From contig CBDTUP010000002.1 of the NCBI GenBank assembly GCA_965363685.1, positions 1 through 32,057 of the forward strand: a stretch of 32,057 nt of DNA, written 5' to 3'. Below the pieces are notes generated by a model that worked only from the letters and a program-made list of their open reading frames with translations, had not been told where the DNA came from and searched no databases. Shown here in pieces: positions 23,840 through 32,057 of this stretch. The first letter of the stretch is position 1. Each line of letters starts with the position of its first letter. Made by a program: the position numbers and the translations under genes. The stretch is from an uncultured bacterium (GTDB taxonomy: Bacteria; Actinomycetota; Acidimicrobiia; Spongiisociales; JAHEDJ01).

Positions 23840-23846
23840 GGCCGCC

Positions 23847-23852
23847 AAGTTA
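23847..23852 (-). promoter_or_regulatory. Candidate -10 box (TAACTT) for a leaderless DUF3499 gene
   Basis: On the minus strand TAACTT is followed by 7 nt (GGCGGCC) and then ATG 23839. There is no SD sequence. Confidence 0.3.
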
Positions 23853-23920
23853 GGCGGCCGAAGGTCAAGTACCAAGGATTTCGTCTTACCCACACGATCG
23901 CGCGTAAGACGATTTTGTTA

Positions 23921-23990
23921 TTCAAGCTTCCAGCGGTCGGCTTTCAGCCGTCAGCTTTGGGACGAGGCAATGGGCAAAGCTCAGAGCTCA
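23921..23990. repeat. Heptad tandem array (10 units) starting at the DUF5719 stop codon
   Basis: Minus strand in phase: TGAGCTC TGAGCTT TGCCCAT TGCCTCG TCCCAAA GCTGACG GCTGAAA GCCGACC GCTGGAA GCTTGAA. Confidence 0.75.
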
Positions 23991-25298
23991 CGGCAGGGGG
24001 ACCGGCGCCAGGTAGGCGACGGCTGAGTCGCGAGTCATGCTTGCGCCGATCGTGATCGGGGCCGTCGCCTGGATGAAGAAGCCTGAAGCGTCCACCGCGG
24101 GCAGCCTGATACTCCGCGAAGATCCGGCTGCCACTGCAACCTTCTCAGAGCGATCGGTGCCATTCTCATTGAGAGCCGCCCAGGTGACCGTGACTTGAGA
24201 AGCGGACGTGTTGAGGATCCACAGCTCGTTGCGCGCCTCCGGCACAGAGCCGAGACCGGGAACCAGCCAGGTTGAGGCAAGGGTATGGGCTCCGCCGGTG
24301 GCGGCCCGCCCAACCTCGCTTTCACCAACGATGACGGCTCCAACGAGGCCATCGGCCCGCACCTCGAAGCCGGACGGCTCATCGAACAAGTCTCCCAGCG
24401 GGATCCTCGCATGACGACCGGGCTCCAAAATCCCGCTCGCCACGTCGACTTCAGAGGTACGCACGCCGTACCTGTCCAGCGCGTAGCCGACATCGAGAGC
24501 TGTTGGATTGGAGAGCACGAGGAAAGGTTCAAGACCTCCGGCGGATACAAGCGGGAACTCCCAACGATCAGCTCTCTCCACGCCCGTCCACAATGCCTGA
24601 TCCTCTGTTCCGATCTGCAGAAACGCAGGTATGACTACGCCCTTCTCGACTTCGATCGTCGCCGCCAGCGAACCTCGCAGCGGAAGGAGAGAGGACATGT
24701 CGATGGTCCGCCAACTGCGGGCATTGACGCTCAATGCATCGAGGCTCTCCTCCGGCTCGAATCCGCCCTCGCTTGTCATGACGACATTGACTCGCGCATC
24801 TTCCGGGAACGGATTGAAGAGCTGTAGCTCGAGGAGATCACCGGCTTGCGTAGACCCCCCAGGTAGCACCCAGATCTTCGGGATTGAGGCGGCACATCCG
24901 GACCCCACAAGCATCGTTTCGCCAAACGCCACCACGCCGACAGAGGCATCAGATGTGAACTCGACTACCGAAGGCATTTGACCCTCAAATGGCATCGAAC
25001 CGAGTCCAAAGGTCACCCCGGCGAGACCCTCGAGACTCAGCTGTCGAGTATCGCGAATCTCGCCAGCCGAAGGGAATGTGAGTATCGCAGCGGTCGAGTC
25101 GGCAGCCAGAACGGCGAGATGAGCATCCAGCGAACCTTCGGTGGACGCCCACGGACAAAAGGCGAACGCCTGAATCGAGGGCGCCACAATCGTGTCTGGA
25201 GTTGTCGTTGCCACCGGCTCCAGAGAATCGGGCTCCGGCATCAGGAATGCGGCGACCATCAGCCCCCCGACAATCAGCAGCAAGAGAAGGCGTTTCAT
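23988..25298 (-). CDS. Membrane-anchored or secreted protein, probably DUF5719 family
   Basis: ATG 25298 (MKRLLLLLIVGGLMVAAFL anchor) overlaps the upstream stop as ATGA. The rest is a beta-rich soluble domain. It holds the conserved position downstream of the large GT2 membrane protein. Confidence 0.5.
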   Translation of the reverse strand: MKRLLLLLIVGGLMVAAFLMPEPDSLEPVATTTPDTIVAPSIQAFAFCPWASTEGSLDAHLAVLAADSTAAILTFPSAGEIRDTRQLSLEGLAGVTFGLGSMPFEGQMPSVVEFTSDASVGVVAFGETMLVGSGCAASIPKIWVLPGGSTQAGDLLELQLFNPFPEDARVNVVMTSEGGFEPEESLDALSVNARSWRTIDMSSLLPLRGSLAATIEVEKGVVIPAFLQIGTEDQALWTGVERADRWEFPLVSAGGLEPFLVLSNPTALDVGYALDRYGVRTSEVDVASGILEPGRHARIPLGDLFDEPSGFEVRADGLVGAVIVGESEVGRAATGGAHTLASTWLVPGLGSVPEARNELWILNTSASQVTVTWAALNENGTDRSEKVAVAAGSSRSIRLPAVDASGFFIQATAPITIGASMTRDSAVAYLAPVPLP

Positions 25299-28099
25299 CT
25301 TCGCTCCTTCCGTCCAGGGAGAGCCAGGATGATCAGCAGGACCAGCAACCCGCCGGCCGCCCATGCGTATGTGGCCTTCGCGCTATCTGGCCGGTATTCC
25401 GCTCGGCCGTCGGCCGCGGACACAGTGACGGCCCAGTCGGCAGCAGCGGGTTCTGGTTGCCAGCCCGAATCTGCGTTGACGGCGATCCGAACCCTCCCGC
25501 TCGCCGGCGGTCCAGTGAAACCGTCTCCGTCGGCGCTCCATGGTTCACCACCGACTTCGGTGGCCAGCGGGCTCAGAACCAGATTCTCATACACGCCGTC
25601 GAAGTCGACAAGAGGCAGCGGCTTCACGTCGAGTTTTGACGAGAGGGCTTCCTCGAGGGGCGACGGACCGACGAAGACCACCCAGCGAATCCCGAACGGC
25701 GCCAGCTGTTCCCCAGGCCTGAGTGACTGTCCTTGCGCTAGTTCGACGAGCGCGGCTCCCAGAGCCAGATCGCCCGCCAAGGCCGGGTGCAGATGGGTTT
25801 CGAGCGCGGTTGGTTCGGGTGCCTGGAACACTCGGTAGGAGATTTCTCCGACCGATCTGACATCACCGGGAAGGTTTTCGGGGGCACCAACTACGAGCAC
25901 TCTGTCGGGACCATGGTCTGCCTGTCGAGCCGTCGTGAACTCCAAAGGCTGATGGAAATCATCCTGACCCAGCCCAAGTGCTCCGTCGCTGAGCACAAAG
26001 ACGAGAGTCCCTGCGAGCGCCACGCCACCTACCAGACCCGGTGCCGCCAGAACCCGCCGCCACACCTGGTGGGAGGCGAGACGCCGCCCTGCATCGACCG
26101 CTGCTCCCGCCACTACCGCTAGTCCGATCGCGGCCACGACCAGACCGGCGACTGAGGGCTCAAACCCGCCACCGACGTCGGCGGTTCTGGCCGCGACTGC
26201 GCCGATTCCCACCAACAGACCGCCAACTCCGGCAACGGTTGCAGCAGTCCTCTCCCCCACCAGCAACGGAATGAGCAGCGAGATCCCAAACGCTACGACG
26301 GTCCAAAGCGGAGGATTCCAGTAATGCGAGCGACCAGACTCGAGCAGGAAATCGAAGTCGATGAATACGAGCCACGGGGCCAGAGCAGGCATTGCCAGCA
26401 TCGTGGCACCAGCCGCTCTAAGGGGAGTCGTCCATCGACGCTCGTCGCCGAAGGCCCACCAGAGGATCGTGAAAAGAAGCGGCACCGGCAATGCAAGAGG
26501 GGCGAAGGCCGCCAGGATGAAGATCGGAAGCGAATCCCGTGCCAACCTCCTGATCCGCTTCATCGACCCGTCCGGCCAAGGGAGCAGGAACGTCGCCAGA
26601 GCGAATGGTATCGCCGCCAGCGCTGGAATCCCCGGCCAGAAGCCCGCTTCAGTCAGAGCCAGAGTCGCAGGCCCTCCAACGGCAACGAGCCCCGAGATCA
26701 AGCGACCACCGGTGCCGATCCCCAATAGGCGCATCAACCTGGAAGTACCGATGAACGTCAGCGCCGCACCGCCAACGGTCAACACCATCTCCGTGAGAGC
26801 CGGTCTCCCGAGCAAGATCAGCTGAGCGAAGGCAGACAGGCCTACTGAAGGGTGGAGCGGGCGGGGATTGCCAAGCTCGGCCGGATTCCATCCCCCTGCG
26901 TAGGCCATCAAGGTATCCAGCGCCGACTCGGGAAGGTGCAGGGAATAACCCGTGGCCGGCAACCGACCGAACACGATCGCTCGAGCGGCGATCAGCACCA
27001 ACGCAACTCCGAGAACGCCCACGATGAAACCCGGCTGCTGCCAGATCTGGCGTCCACGCTGCATCATGTCTGCCATGGGAGCGGTCCGTCCTTCACCACC
27101 CTCTCCGCGAACCGCATCGGTGACGTCATCGCCGAGCAGCTTGAGCAACGAAGAGCCTCGCACCTGATAGCGAAACAACTCCGCATCTCCCAGCTGACGA
27201 GACCTATCGACAACCCGGCGGGCACTGAGCGTGGACGGCAACTTGATGAGATTCCACCACCAGGAACGGAGCACCTCAACGATCGACAACCGCGGCCCAA
27301 TGGCAAGGCGAACCACCGCATCGAGCACGTCCACAATGGCACCGACCGGGATCAACCAGATAAGGGTCAAGAGACTGTACGACTTCAGAGACGAACGGAT
27401 CCGCCCGGCCCGAGCGTGCCATCTTGGAGCGGAGTCACGGCATGAAGGCGCATGCAGGACTTCAGAAGATGGCACGACCACAACACGCCCGCCGGCGACC
27501 CGAGCTCGCTGAGAAAAATCAATCCCTGCCTCAAACGGGGGTAGGAGTCGGTCGGGACCTCCAAGGCCGCGCAACAGATCTCGACGAATGAGCACCGAAG
27601 CCCCAGGGGTGAAGGCGACATCGCGGACTACGTCGTATTGCTCCTGGTCGACTTCACCCTCGTCCAGGCCTGTGTACGGGATTCCAAAGACGTCGGTCGC
27701 CCCCCCTACCGATTCCAGCGTTTCTGGATGATCCATGTCGAGCAACTTCGATCCGGCCATCGATGCATCAACTCGAATCGATTCGGTGACGAGGGCTCCG
27801 AGGGCGTCCGGACGAGGTCTTGCGTCATCGTGAAGCAACCACACATGTGATACCTCCCGGTCGAGATCGTCCAGGAGATTGCGGAGATTGGGGTACCAAT
27901 CGATACCTCGCCCCTCGGCCGCCGACCGAGCAGCCGGCGCATCGCCGATCACAATGACTCGCGACGGCTCATAGACTTGCGCAGACACGGCATCTAGAAC
28001 CGCGCCGAGGTGGTCGCCGCTGTCGGCAGATACCGCCGCGACAACATTCGCTTGTACGGTGGAAGCGTCCGGCATGGGTGGACGCGTAGGAAGGGACAT
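25295..28099 (-). CDS. Large family-2 glycosyltransferase fused to a polytopic membrane domain (934 aa)
   Basis: The N-terminal ~230 aa form a GT2 domain (VVAAVSADSGDH..., WLLHDDARP DxD-like). About 450 aa of TM helices follow, and then a C-terminal soluble domain and a final TM. Confidence 0.7.
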   Translation of the reverse strand: MSLPTRPPMPDASTVQANVVAAVSADSGDHLGAVLDAVSAQVYEPSRVIVIGDAPAARSAAEGRGIDWYPNLRNLLDDLDREVSHVWLLHDDARPRPDALGALVTESIRVDASMAGSKLLDMDHPETLESVGGATDVFGIPYTGLDEGEVDQEQYDVVRDVAFTPGASVLIRRDLLRGLGGPDRLLPPFEAGIDFSQRARVAGGRVVVVPSSEVLHAPSCRDSAPRWHARAGRIRSSLKSYSLLTLIWLIPVGAIVDVLDAVVRLAIGPRLSIVEVLRSWWWNLIKLPSTLSARRVVDRSRQLGDAELFRYQVRGSSLLKLLGDDVTDAVRGEGGEGRTAPMADMMQRGRQIWQQPGFIVGVLGVALVLIAARAIVFGRLPATGYSLHLPESALDTLMAYAGGWNPAELGNPRPLHPSVGLSAFAQLILLGRPALTEMVLTVGGAALTFIGTSRLMRLLGIGTGGRLISGLVAVGGPATLALTEAGFWPGIPALAAIPFALATFLLPWPDGSMKRIRRLARDSLPIFILAAFAPLALPVPLLFTILWWAFGDERRWTTPLRAAGATMLAMPALAPWLVFIDFDFLLESGRSHYWNPPLWTVVAFGISLLIPLLVGERTAATVAGVGGLLVGIGAVAARTADVGGGFEPSVAGLVVAAIGLAVVAGAAVDAGRRLASHQVWRRVLAAPGLVGGVALAGTLVFVLSDGALGLGQDDFHQPLEFTTARQADHGPDRVLVVGAPENLPGDVRSVGEISYRVFQAPEPTALETHLHPALAGDLALGAALVELAQGQSLRPGEQLAPFGIRWVVFVGPSPLEEALSSKLDVKPLPLVDFDGVYENLVLSPLATEVGGEPWSADGDGFTGPPASGRVRIAVNADSGWQPEPAAADWAVTVSAADGRAEYRPDSAKATYAWAAGGLLVLLIILALPGRKERR

Positions 28100-28159
28100 C
28101 GGTCCATTCTGGATCGGTCGGGCGATTGTCGCAATGTCGGCACAGCGGAAGGGGAACAG

Positions 28160-29077
28160 ATGAGGCTGACAATGCTCTCCGGAGGGGTCGGCGGGGCGCG
28201 CCTTGCCAGAGGTTTGGCCGCGCTCGACGGCGTCGAGCTAACGGTGATCGTCAACGTGGGAGATGACGACGAACTCTATGGACTGTCGGTATCACCCGAC
28301 CTCGATACCGTCACCTACACGCTCGCCGGCATAGAGGGCATACCCGGATGGGGCCTGGCGGACGACTCACACATCGTCATGAATCACCTCGAGGACTTCG
28401 GCGTCGATACCCGGTTCAAGATCGGCGATGGCGACCTCGCCACCAACCTCTACCGTACGATTCGTCTCCGGGATGGCGCCAGTCTGAGCCAGGTCACTGC
28501 CGAGATTACGGCCGTCTTGGATTTGCCGGCCAAAGTCCTACCGGCCACCGACCAGTCGGTCCGAACCGAAGTACTTACCGCGTCGAGGAAATGGCGGTCA
28601 TTCCAGGACTATTTCGTGATCCGCCGCCACGAGGAGGAAGTCATCGATCTCCGCTTTGCCAAAGCCGCTGATTCCGAACCGGCCCCCGGCGTGATCGAGG
28701 CGATCGAGCAGGCAGATGCCGTCGTCATTGGTCCATCAAACCCTCCCCTTTCCATCTGGCCGATTCTGGCGGTTCCGCAGATCACCGATCGCGTTTCAGC
28801 AGCCCGGCGAGTCCTTGCCGTCAGTCCGCTCTTCGGCGGGAGAGCGTTGAAGGGCCCTGCCCATCTAGTCCTGGCTTCGCTCGGATTCCCGCCCGGGAAC
28901 GAAGGGGTGATCGCCGCATACGACGGTCTGCTCAGCGACCTGATCATCGACCAGTCCGATGCGGCCGAGCGGGGAAGGCTCACTTCTCACGGGGTGAGTG
29001 TCCATGTCAGGAATACCCGATTTCCGGGAGCCAAGGTTGCGCAGGAATTCGGCCGATGGCTCATTGAACTCCTATGA
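28160..29077 (+). CDS. cofD: 2-phospho-L-lactate (or equivalent) transferase CofD/FbiA, F420 biosynthesis
   Basis: The N-terminus is MRLTMLSGGVGGARLARGL and GGAAGGGG lies 5 nt upstream. The track start 28010 would overlap the divergent gene. Confidence 0.85.
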   Translation: MRLTMLSGGVGGARLARGLAALDGVELTVIVNVGDDDELYGLSVSPDLDTVTYTLAGIEGIPGWGLADDSHIVMNHLEDFGVDTRFKIGDGDLATNLYRTIRLRDGASLSQVTAEITAVLDLPAKVLPATDQSVRTEVLTASRKWRSFQDYFVIRRHEEEVIDLRFAKAADSEPAPGVIEAIEQADAVVIGPSNPPLSIWPILAVPQITDRVSAARRVLAVSPLFGGRALKGPAHLVLASLGFPPGNEGVIAAYDGLLSDLIIDQSDAAERGRLTSHGVSVHVRNTRFPGAKVAQEFGRWLIELL

Positions 29078-29775
29078 CGCTGCAGATTGTGCCGATCAAA
29101 GGGATCGGTGACGTGAATCCGGGAACCACGCTCGACACGGTCATCCTGTCGGCGATTGCAGGCTCAGGAGAGAACCTCGAAGGTGGAGACGTTCTGGTCG
29201 TCACGCACAAGATCGTCTCGAAGGCCGAAGGCGCGGTGCGAACGGGGGTCGACACTGATGCCGACTACCGGCGAGTGGTTGAAGATGAGGCAGCCAGAGT
29301 CATCCGGCGACGGGGCGATTTGGTTATCACCGAAACCCGCCACGGATTTGTTTGCGCAAACGCGGGTGTCGATCGATCCAACACCGCGGAAGGGACCGCA
29401 GTCCTGTTACCCGTGGATCCCGATAAGTCTGCCCACAAGCTTCGCATGCAACTGAACCGGGCAACCGGCGTGTCGATCGGTGTGATCATCAGCGACACGT
29501 TTGGGCGGGCATGGCGTCGTGGCGTCGTCGACTTCGCGATCGGGATCTCCGGAGTCCCCGCAATCGTCGACCACCGGGGTACGCCCGACATGTTCGGTCG
29601 GGTCATGGAGGCGACTGAGGTTGGAATCGCGGACGAGATAGCCGCCGCCGCCGACCTCGTGATGGGCAAGGCGAGCGGCATACCGGTTGCGATTGTCAGA
29701 GGGCTGACTACGGATGAACCGCCCGGGCGGGGATCAGACCTGGTGCGGAGACCCGACGAGGACCTGTTCCGATAG
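29074..29775 (+). CDS. cofE: Coenzyme F420-0:L-glutamate ligase CofE (single-domain form, 233 aa)
   Basis: It has the VVTHKIVSKAEG and CANAGVDRSN motifs and overlaps cofD as ATGA. Confidence 0.85.
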   Translation: MTLQIVPIKGIGDVNPGTTLDTVILSAIAGSGENLEGGDVLVVTHKIVSKAEGAVRTGVDTDADYRRVVEDEAARVIRRRGDLVITETRHGFVCANAGVDRSNTAEGTAVLLPVDPDKSAHKLRMQLNRATGVSIGVIISDTFGRAWRRGVVDFAIGISGVPAIVDHRGTPDMFGRVMEATEVGIADEIAAAADLVMGKASGIPVAIVRGLTTDEPPGRGSDLVRRPDEDLFR

Positions 29776-29807
29776 CGCCGTCGGATTGCGAGCGTTGAGA
29801 CGTCCGG

Positions 29808-30755
29808 CTAATGCCGACCCTTGACCCAGTCGAGCGTTTGACTCAATCCCTCTTCGAGGCTCGTCCAGGCGCTCCAGCCGAGATACCGTTCGGGCGCAGC
29901 TGGGTCCAGGACGGACCGTTCGACATCTCCCGGCCGCACGTCGGCGATACGAGGGCCCCTGCGAAACCCGCCGAGCCCGGCTATCAGATCGAAGAGATCC
30001 GCAACCGAGGTTTCCACCCCCGTACTGATGTTCAGGTTTTTCCCGGCTGCCCTGGCCGCGGCTCGAAGGAAGGCGTCGGCGACGTCATCTACGTAGACGA
30101 AGTCCCGAGTCGCCTTGCCATCGCCGAAGATCGTCGGCTGTCTGCCCTCAGTCACCATCGCCGCAAACTCAGCCACCACTCCCCCTTCGCCGGAGCTCCG
30201 CTGGCGCGGCCCGTAGACGTTGGAAGGGGTGAGAGTCACGATCTCGATTCCGTACCGGTCCGCATACATTCGGGCATAGTTCTCGGCCGCGAGTTTGGAT
30301 ACGCCGTAGGGAGATTCGGGACGCCGAGCATACGACTCGCGAATCGGTAGTTTCGCTCCACTTCCGTAGGTGGCGGCCGACCCGGTTAAGACCAGCCGGG
30401 AAGCTCCTGCTCGACGGGTCGCCTCGAGCACGTTGATGGCACCCAGCACATTGATCTCAGCATCCTGGAGAGGACGAAGCACCGAGGCTGCTACCGATAC
30501 CTGGGCGGCCAAATGGAACACTACATCCGGCTGGAACCGCTCAGCGACCGACACGAGGGCCTCATCCCGGATATCGACTGTGTGCAACTGGACCCGTCCT
30601 CGCCTGCGGGCTTGCTGCAGGTTGTCGGCGTGACCGGTGCTCAGGTCATCCACGACGAGTACCTCCCAAGACTCATCAACGAGCAGATCGACGAGAGCCG
30701 ATCCGATGAACCCTGCCCCACCGGTGACCAGAGCCCTGGCAGCCGTACGGTTCAC
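29808..30755 (-). CDS. NAD-dependent nucleotide-sugar epimerase/dehydratase (GalE-like SDR)
   Basis: It has the VTGGAGFIGS Rossmann motif and the YGVSK catalytic YxxxK. Its GTG start overlaps the upstream stop as GTGA. Confidence 0.8.
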   Translation of the reverse strand: MNRTAARALVTGGAGFIGSALVDLLVDESWEVLVVDDLSTGHADNLQQARRRGRVQLHTVDIRDEALVSVAERFQPDVVFHLAAQVSVAASVLRPLQDAEINVLGAINVLEATRRAGASRLVLTGSAATYGSGAKLPIRESYARRPESPYGVSKLAAENYARMYADRYGIEIVTLTPSNVYGPRQRSSGEGGVVAEFAAMVTEGRQPTIFGDGKATRDFVYVDDVADAFLRAAARAAGKNLNISTGVETSVADLFDLIAGLGGFRRGPRIADVRPGDVERSVLDPAAPERYLGWSAWTSLEEGLSQTLDWVKGRH

Positions 30756-32023
30756 CGACCGATCCCGATGTAGCGGAATCCGGCGGCACGGGCAGTGTCG
30801 GGCTCCAGCATGTTGCGACCATCGACGATCGCGTCACCCGACATCGTTGCGAGAAGGGCCGGCAAATCAAGACCAGAAAACTCGGGCCACTCTGTCGCGA
30901 TCAGAATGACGGCTGCACCCGTCGCCGCTTCCAGAACCGAGGCGGTCTGCTCAACTCCGTCCACCGGTGTTCGGACGGCCGGATCGTATGCACGAACCTT
31001 TGCCCCGGCATCGGTGAGCAATCTCGCTAGTTCAACAGCCGGTGAGCCTCGTAGATCTGCCGTACCCGCCTTGTAAGCCAATCCGAGCAAGGCGACTGTG
31101 GTCCCATTGAGGCCACCGACAGCGTTGTCTACCTTGTCGACCACTCTCCGGTGCTGGGCATCGTTGACCTCGATAACGCCTTCGAGCAGCGAGAACCGGT
31201 AGCCGGCCGACCTGGCTATGGCGGCGAGAGCTTTGGTGTCCTTGGGGAAGCAGGAACCGCCCAAACCGGGCCCGGGACGCATGAAGTGATGACCGATCCG
31301 GTCGTCGTACCCCATCCCCAGCAGCACGTCCTCGACATCTGCTCCCACCACCTCGCAGACATTGGCGATTGCGTTGGCGAACGTGACCCTTGTCGCCAGG
31401 TAGGCATTCGATGAATACTTGATCATTTCCGCGGAGACCGGATCCGTAACCACGACAGGGGCTCTGAGATCGCGATAGATGCTGGCCAGCACCTCACCTG
31501 CCGGCTCGGATCGCGTGCCGATGACGATTCGTCCGGGATGGAGAAAGTCATCCACGGCGGAGCTCTCAGCAAGAAACTCGGGGTTGGATGCAACTGCGAC
31601 ATCTTGCCTACCGATGGACAGCAAGCGGTCGCTCATGCCGTCCACGGTCCCGACCGGGACCGTGGACTTGAAAGCGAGGATCGCTCCCGGGTCCAGCCGC
31701 CCGGCGATCTCGTCTATGACATTCTCAACGATCGACAGGTCGGCGCTGCCGTCGGCGCTCTCCGGGGTCGGTACAGCAACGAAGACAACCCGTGCGCCCT
31801 CGACCGCTTCGATGTTGTCGGCAGAAAAGCTGAGCCGGTCGGCCTCGAGACCTTCCCGGACCAGATCCTCGAGTCCCGGCTCATCGAATGGCACAATCCC
31901 GTTGTTGAGTCCTCGTACACGATCAGTTGATTGCTCGCCGACGCTGACGGTGTGTCCAAGCGACGCCATTCCTGCCGCCTGCACCAGCCCCACGTAACCC
32001 GCACCGATGACACACAAACGCAC
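30752..32023 (-). CDS. ugd: UDP-glucose/GDP-mannose dehydrogenase family protein (probably UDP-glucose 6-dehydrogenase)
   Basis: It has the VIGAGYVGLV NAD motif and the GGSCFPKD catalytic Cys loop. An AGGAG lies upstream of the GTG start. I use the track coordinates, because my hand count near the window end is off by 1 nt. Confidence 0.85.
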   Translation of the reverse strand: MRLCVIGAGYVGLVQAAGMASLGHTVSVGEQSTDRVRGLNNGIVPFDEPGLEDLVREGLEADRLSFSADNIEAVEGARVVFVAVPTPESADGSADLSIVENVIDEIAGRLDPGAILAFKSTVPVGTVDGMSDRLLSIGRQDVAVASNPEFLAESSAVDDFLHPGRIVIGTRSEPAGEVLASIYRDLRAPVVVTDPVSAEMIKYSSNAYLATRVTFANAIANVCEVVGADVEDVLLGMGYDDRIGHHFMRPGPGLGGSCFPKDTKALAAIARSAGYRFSLLEGVIEVNDAQHRRVVDKVDNAVGGLNGTTVALLGLAYKAGTADLRGSPAVELARLLTDAGAKVRAYDPAVRTPVDGVEQTASVLEAATGAAVILIATEWPEFSGLDLPALLATMSGDAIVDGRNMLEPDTARAAGFRYIGIGR

Positions 32024-32057
32024 AGAACTACTCCTATTGGTCAGAACGGCAGGCTAG

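Noticed and set aside
28010-28159. N-terminal extension of cofD; likewise 25299..25364 for DUF5719, 3814..3855 for smpB, 6690..6725 for ftsE, 20765..20839 for gtrA, 19576..19638 for pmm and 244..444 for azlD
   Set aside because: The extensions overlap neighbouring genes or divergent promoters. They lack homology-like sequence and are superseded by internal starts with SD sites or ATGA/TGATG coupling.
1-32057. CRISPR arrays, transposases/IS ends, toxin-antitoxin pairs and known defence-system genes
   Set aside because: I saw no spacer-interrupted repeats of 25-40 nt, no DDE or serine/tyrosine recombinase motifs and no nuclease/ATPase defence signatures. All large ORFs are accounted for by housekeeping or envelope functions.

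Overview
This is a gene-dense, moderately high-GC chromosomal segment. Its gene content and order match the classic Actinomycetota core neighbourhood, comparable from memory to M. tuberculosis Rv3100c-3105c and Rv3240c-3262. The blocks are prfB-ftsE-ftsX-(M23 peptidase)-smpB-ssrA, comF-hpf-...-secA, pmm-SIS isomerase-ahcY, DUF3499, GT2/DUF5719 and cofD-cofE. I call about 31 protein genes plus one tmRNA, nearly all on the minus strand and many translationally coupled through ATGA or TGATG overlaps. I found no transposase, integrase, CRISPR array, rRNA, tRNA or recognisable defence gene. Six points deserve a second look. (1) At least six operon-boundary spacers are built from degenerate 7-nt tandem units (GGCCAAT, AGGTAGT, GCTGATA types). 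This resembles cyanobacterial STRR repeats, and I do not know of a description in actinobacteria. (2) Several of these spacers end in a TANNNT box 6-7 nt before a start codon with no Shine-Dalgarno (SD) sequence, which suggests leaderless genes. (3) A coupled module of response regulator, 631-aa HEAT-repeat protein and HD-GYP phosphodiesterase sits between hpf and secA. Its last two proteins share an N-terminal domain. (4) prfB has a textbook +1 programmed frameshift that the ORF track misses. (5) The phosphomannomutase gene is fused in frame to a Trm112-like zinc ribbon. (6) Three small Cys-rich proteins, one below the ORF-track cutoff, lie in a large envelope-glycosylation locus. All family names rest on motif recognition by eye; no database search was possible.
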